A stretch of 64,000 nucleotides of DNA, taken from the NCBI GenBank assembly GCA_003971905.1, contig RSEE01000016.1, forward strand, positions 620,001 through 684,000, read 5' to 3'. Positions within the stretch are counted from its first letter, which is position 1. Each line of letters starts with the position of its first letter. A program made the position numbers and the translations under genes. Below the pieces are notes generated by a model. The model did no database searches, was not told the origin of the DNA, and saw only the letters and a list, made by a program, of their open reading frames with translations. Shown piece after piece: positions 62,778-64,000 of this stretch. The stretch comes from Moniliella sp. 'wahieum' (Eukaryota).

Positions 62778-63336
62778 ACCTTTTTCGAGCTTGGCCTTCT
62801 TTGGATCCTGGGCAAAACGGACTTGACTTGCGTAGTAGAAATTCAAATGAGGGAGGGTGGAAGCAAGGATCCGCTGGAAAGAAAAAGAACTCATGCCGAG
62901 ACCACAGAAACCTAAGCCCTAATTAGGCCTTAAGCCCAGTGGAATGGCGACCTGGGCCCTCGGTATTGCGTTGCATATGAGGTCAATCCTGCTGGTTTCC
63001 AAAGCCATAACGGCCACATTTATTCCCCAATCTCCTATTGAGCTCTCCCTATGGTACGTCGTCTCCGGCGATGGCAGCAGTAGTACCAAGGGTGGGGCAA
63101 AAGATATTAGTATCGAATGCCCTCCCGAGAAAGGGAGGCAGGGAGGCGAGAGCAGACTAAATGGGCAGGTACGATCAGAGGAGAGGAGATATGGAATATG
63201 CAGAGAGAATGCATGGCGGGCCTGAGAGTAGGTTGGAAGGAAGGGAGGGAAAAGATCCCAAGAGCAATGATTGCATCCTTCCCTCCAAACGGAGAACATG
63301 GGGCAATCAAAGTGGGGTTTATTCCGATCCCAGTGT

Positions 63337-64000
63337 TTACTGCTTGAGAGTCACGCCGTTGGCCTTGGCAGCCACAGGCTTGGGAGCGGTCTTCTTGTAT
63401 GTCTTGCGGTAAAAGGCGATGAAGAGAACGAGGTAAGAAGACAGGATCCCGCACCGGCCCACGCCGCCTGGGGGGCACCGCTGCAGAAACCAAGGTTGGG
63501 CAGGATGGAGTCAAAGTACTTGTTGGCGTAAAAGGTGTAGGTGCAACCGTAGACAAAGAATAGGTCTATAAAGAATTGGGCGATTTGCGACACGGTTACC
63601 GCCTTCTTCCAGGGGCAAGGGATGCGGAGGGTAGAGAGGGCATAGTAGGTGTACATCAGAACGTGCACAGTCAGGTTCAGAGCAATCACAATCCACGACA
63701 CACTCGTCTTGCCCATCAGCTGGCTCCAGCACAGCGCGGCGGTTGCGGCGTGGTGGTAGACATGGAGGAACTGGAGCGGTTTCTTCTTGAGCACGAGGAA
63801 CACCGTGTCGGCCAGCTCCCAGTACTTGAAGTAGTAGTTGACGATGTAGTACGTCTCCAAGTGGGCGGTCCAGGCCTTGGGGGAGCAGACGGCGTAAAAC
63901 AGGCCACCGCGGCGGTAGATGGGCAGAACCTCCTCGAGGATAAGAGCCAGCAAAAGGCCGCTACCGAAGGTGAGGAGGATGTTGTGAATGAGGAAGATGG
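63337..64000 (-). CDS. Very-long-chain fatty acid elongase (ELO/GNS1/SUR4 family), 5' part outside window
   Basis: HNILLT.GSG.LL.L..EE, NYYFKYWELADTVFLVLKKKPLQFLHVYHH (histidine box), LNLTVHVLMYTYY, WKKAVT..QI.QF and YLVLFIAFY.KTY. Confidence 0.95.

Overview
This is gene-dense, GC-rich fungal nuclear DNA with short GT-AG introns carrying CTRAC branch points. Intron-poor gene structure and protein sequences suggest a basidiomycete, probably Ustilaginomycotina (inference). About 23 protein-coding genes can be reconstructed: H2B, kinesin-1, an Msb1/Mug8-type RhoGAP-fold protein, a Rac GTPase, an Nvj2-like PH+SMP protein, mitochondrial uL1, phospholipase D, NDUFS8, RanGAP, PurU, RPS0, a GH5 exoglucanase, Rpc25, Sec61beta, Tom7, Rpc37, Vps8, TAF7, a conserved F-box-like hypothetical protein, an arrestin-like PY-motif protein, QPRTase/BNA6 and an ELO elongase. 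There is also one intron-containing tRNA-Gly(GCC). Nearly every gene carries 1-2 nt indels, even histone H2B and the tRNA T-stem, which points to unpolished long-read sequence rather than pseudogenes, so coordinates are approximate. The most notable observations are four. (1) A RanGAP gene encodes two complete, synonymously diverged RanGAP domains in one reading frame, and the second lacks the intron present in the first. (2) A recurrent intergenic 7-bp-periodic grammar, (TCA + mostly palindromic 4-mer)n, appears with many different spacers. (3) The Rac GTPase has a Rho-type effector-loop residue (TIFENY). (4) Sec61beta and Tom7 lie head-to-head, bracketed by two RNA polymerase III subunit genes. 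No mobile element or CRISPR array was recognised.
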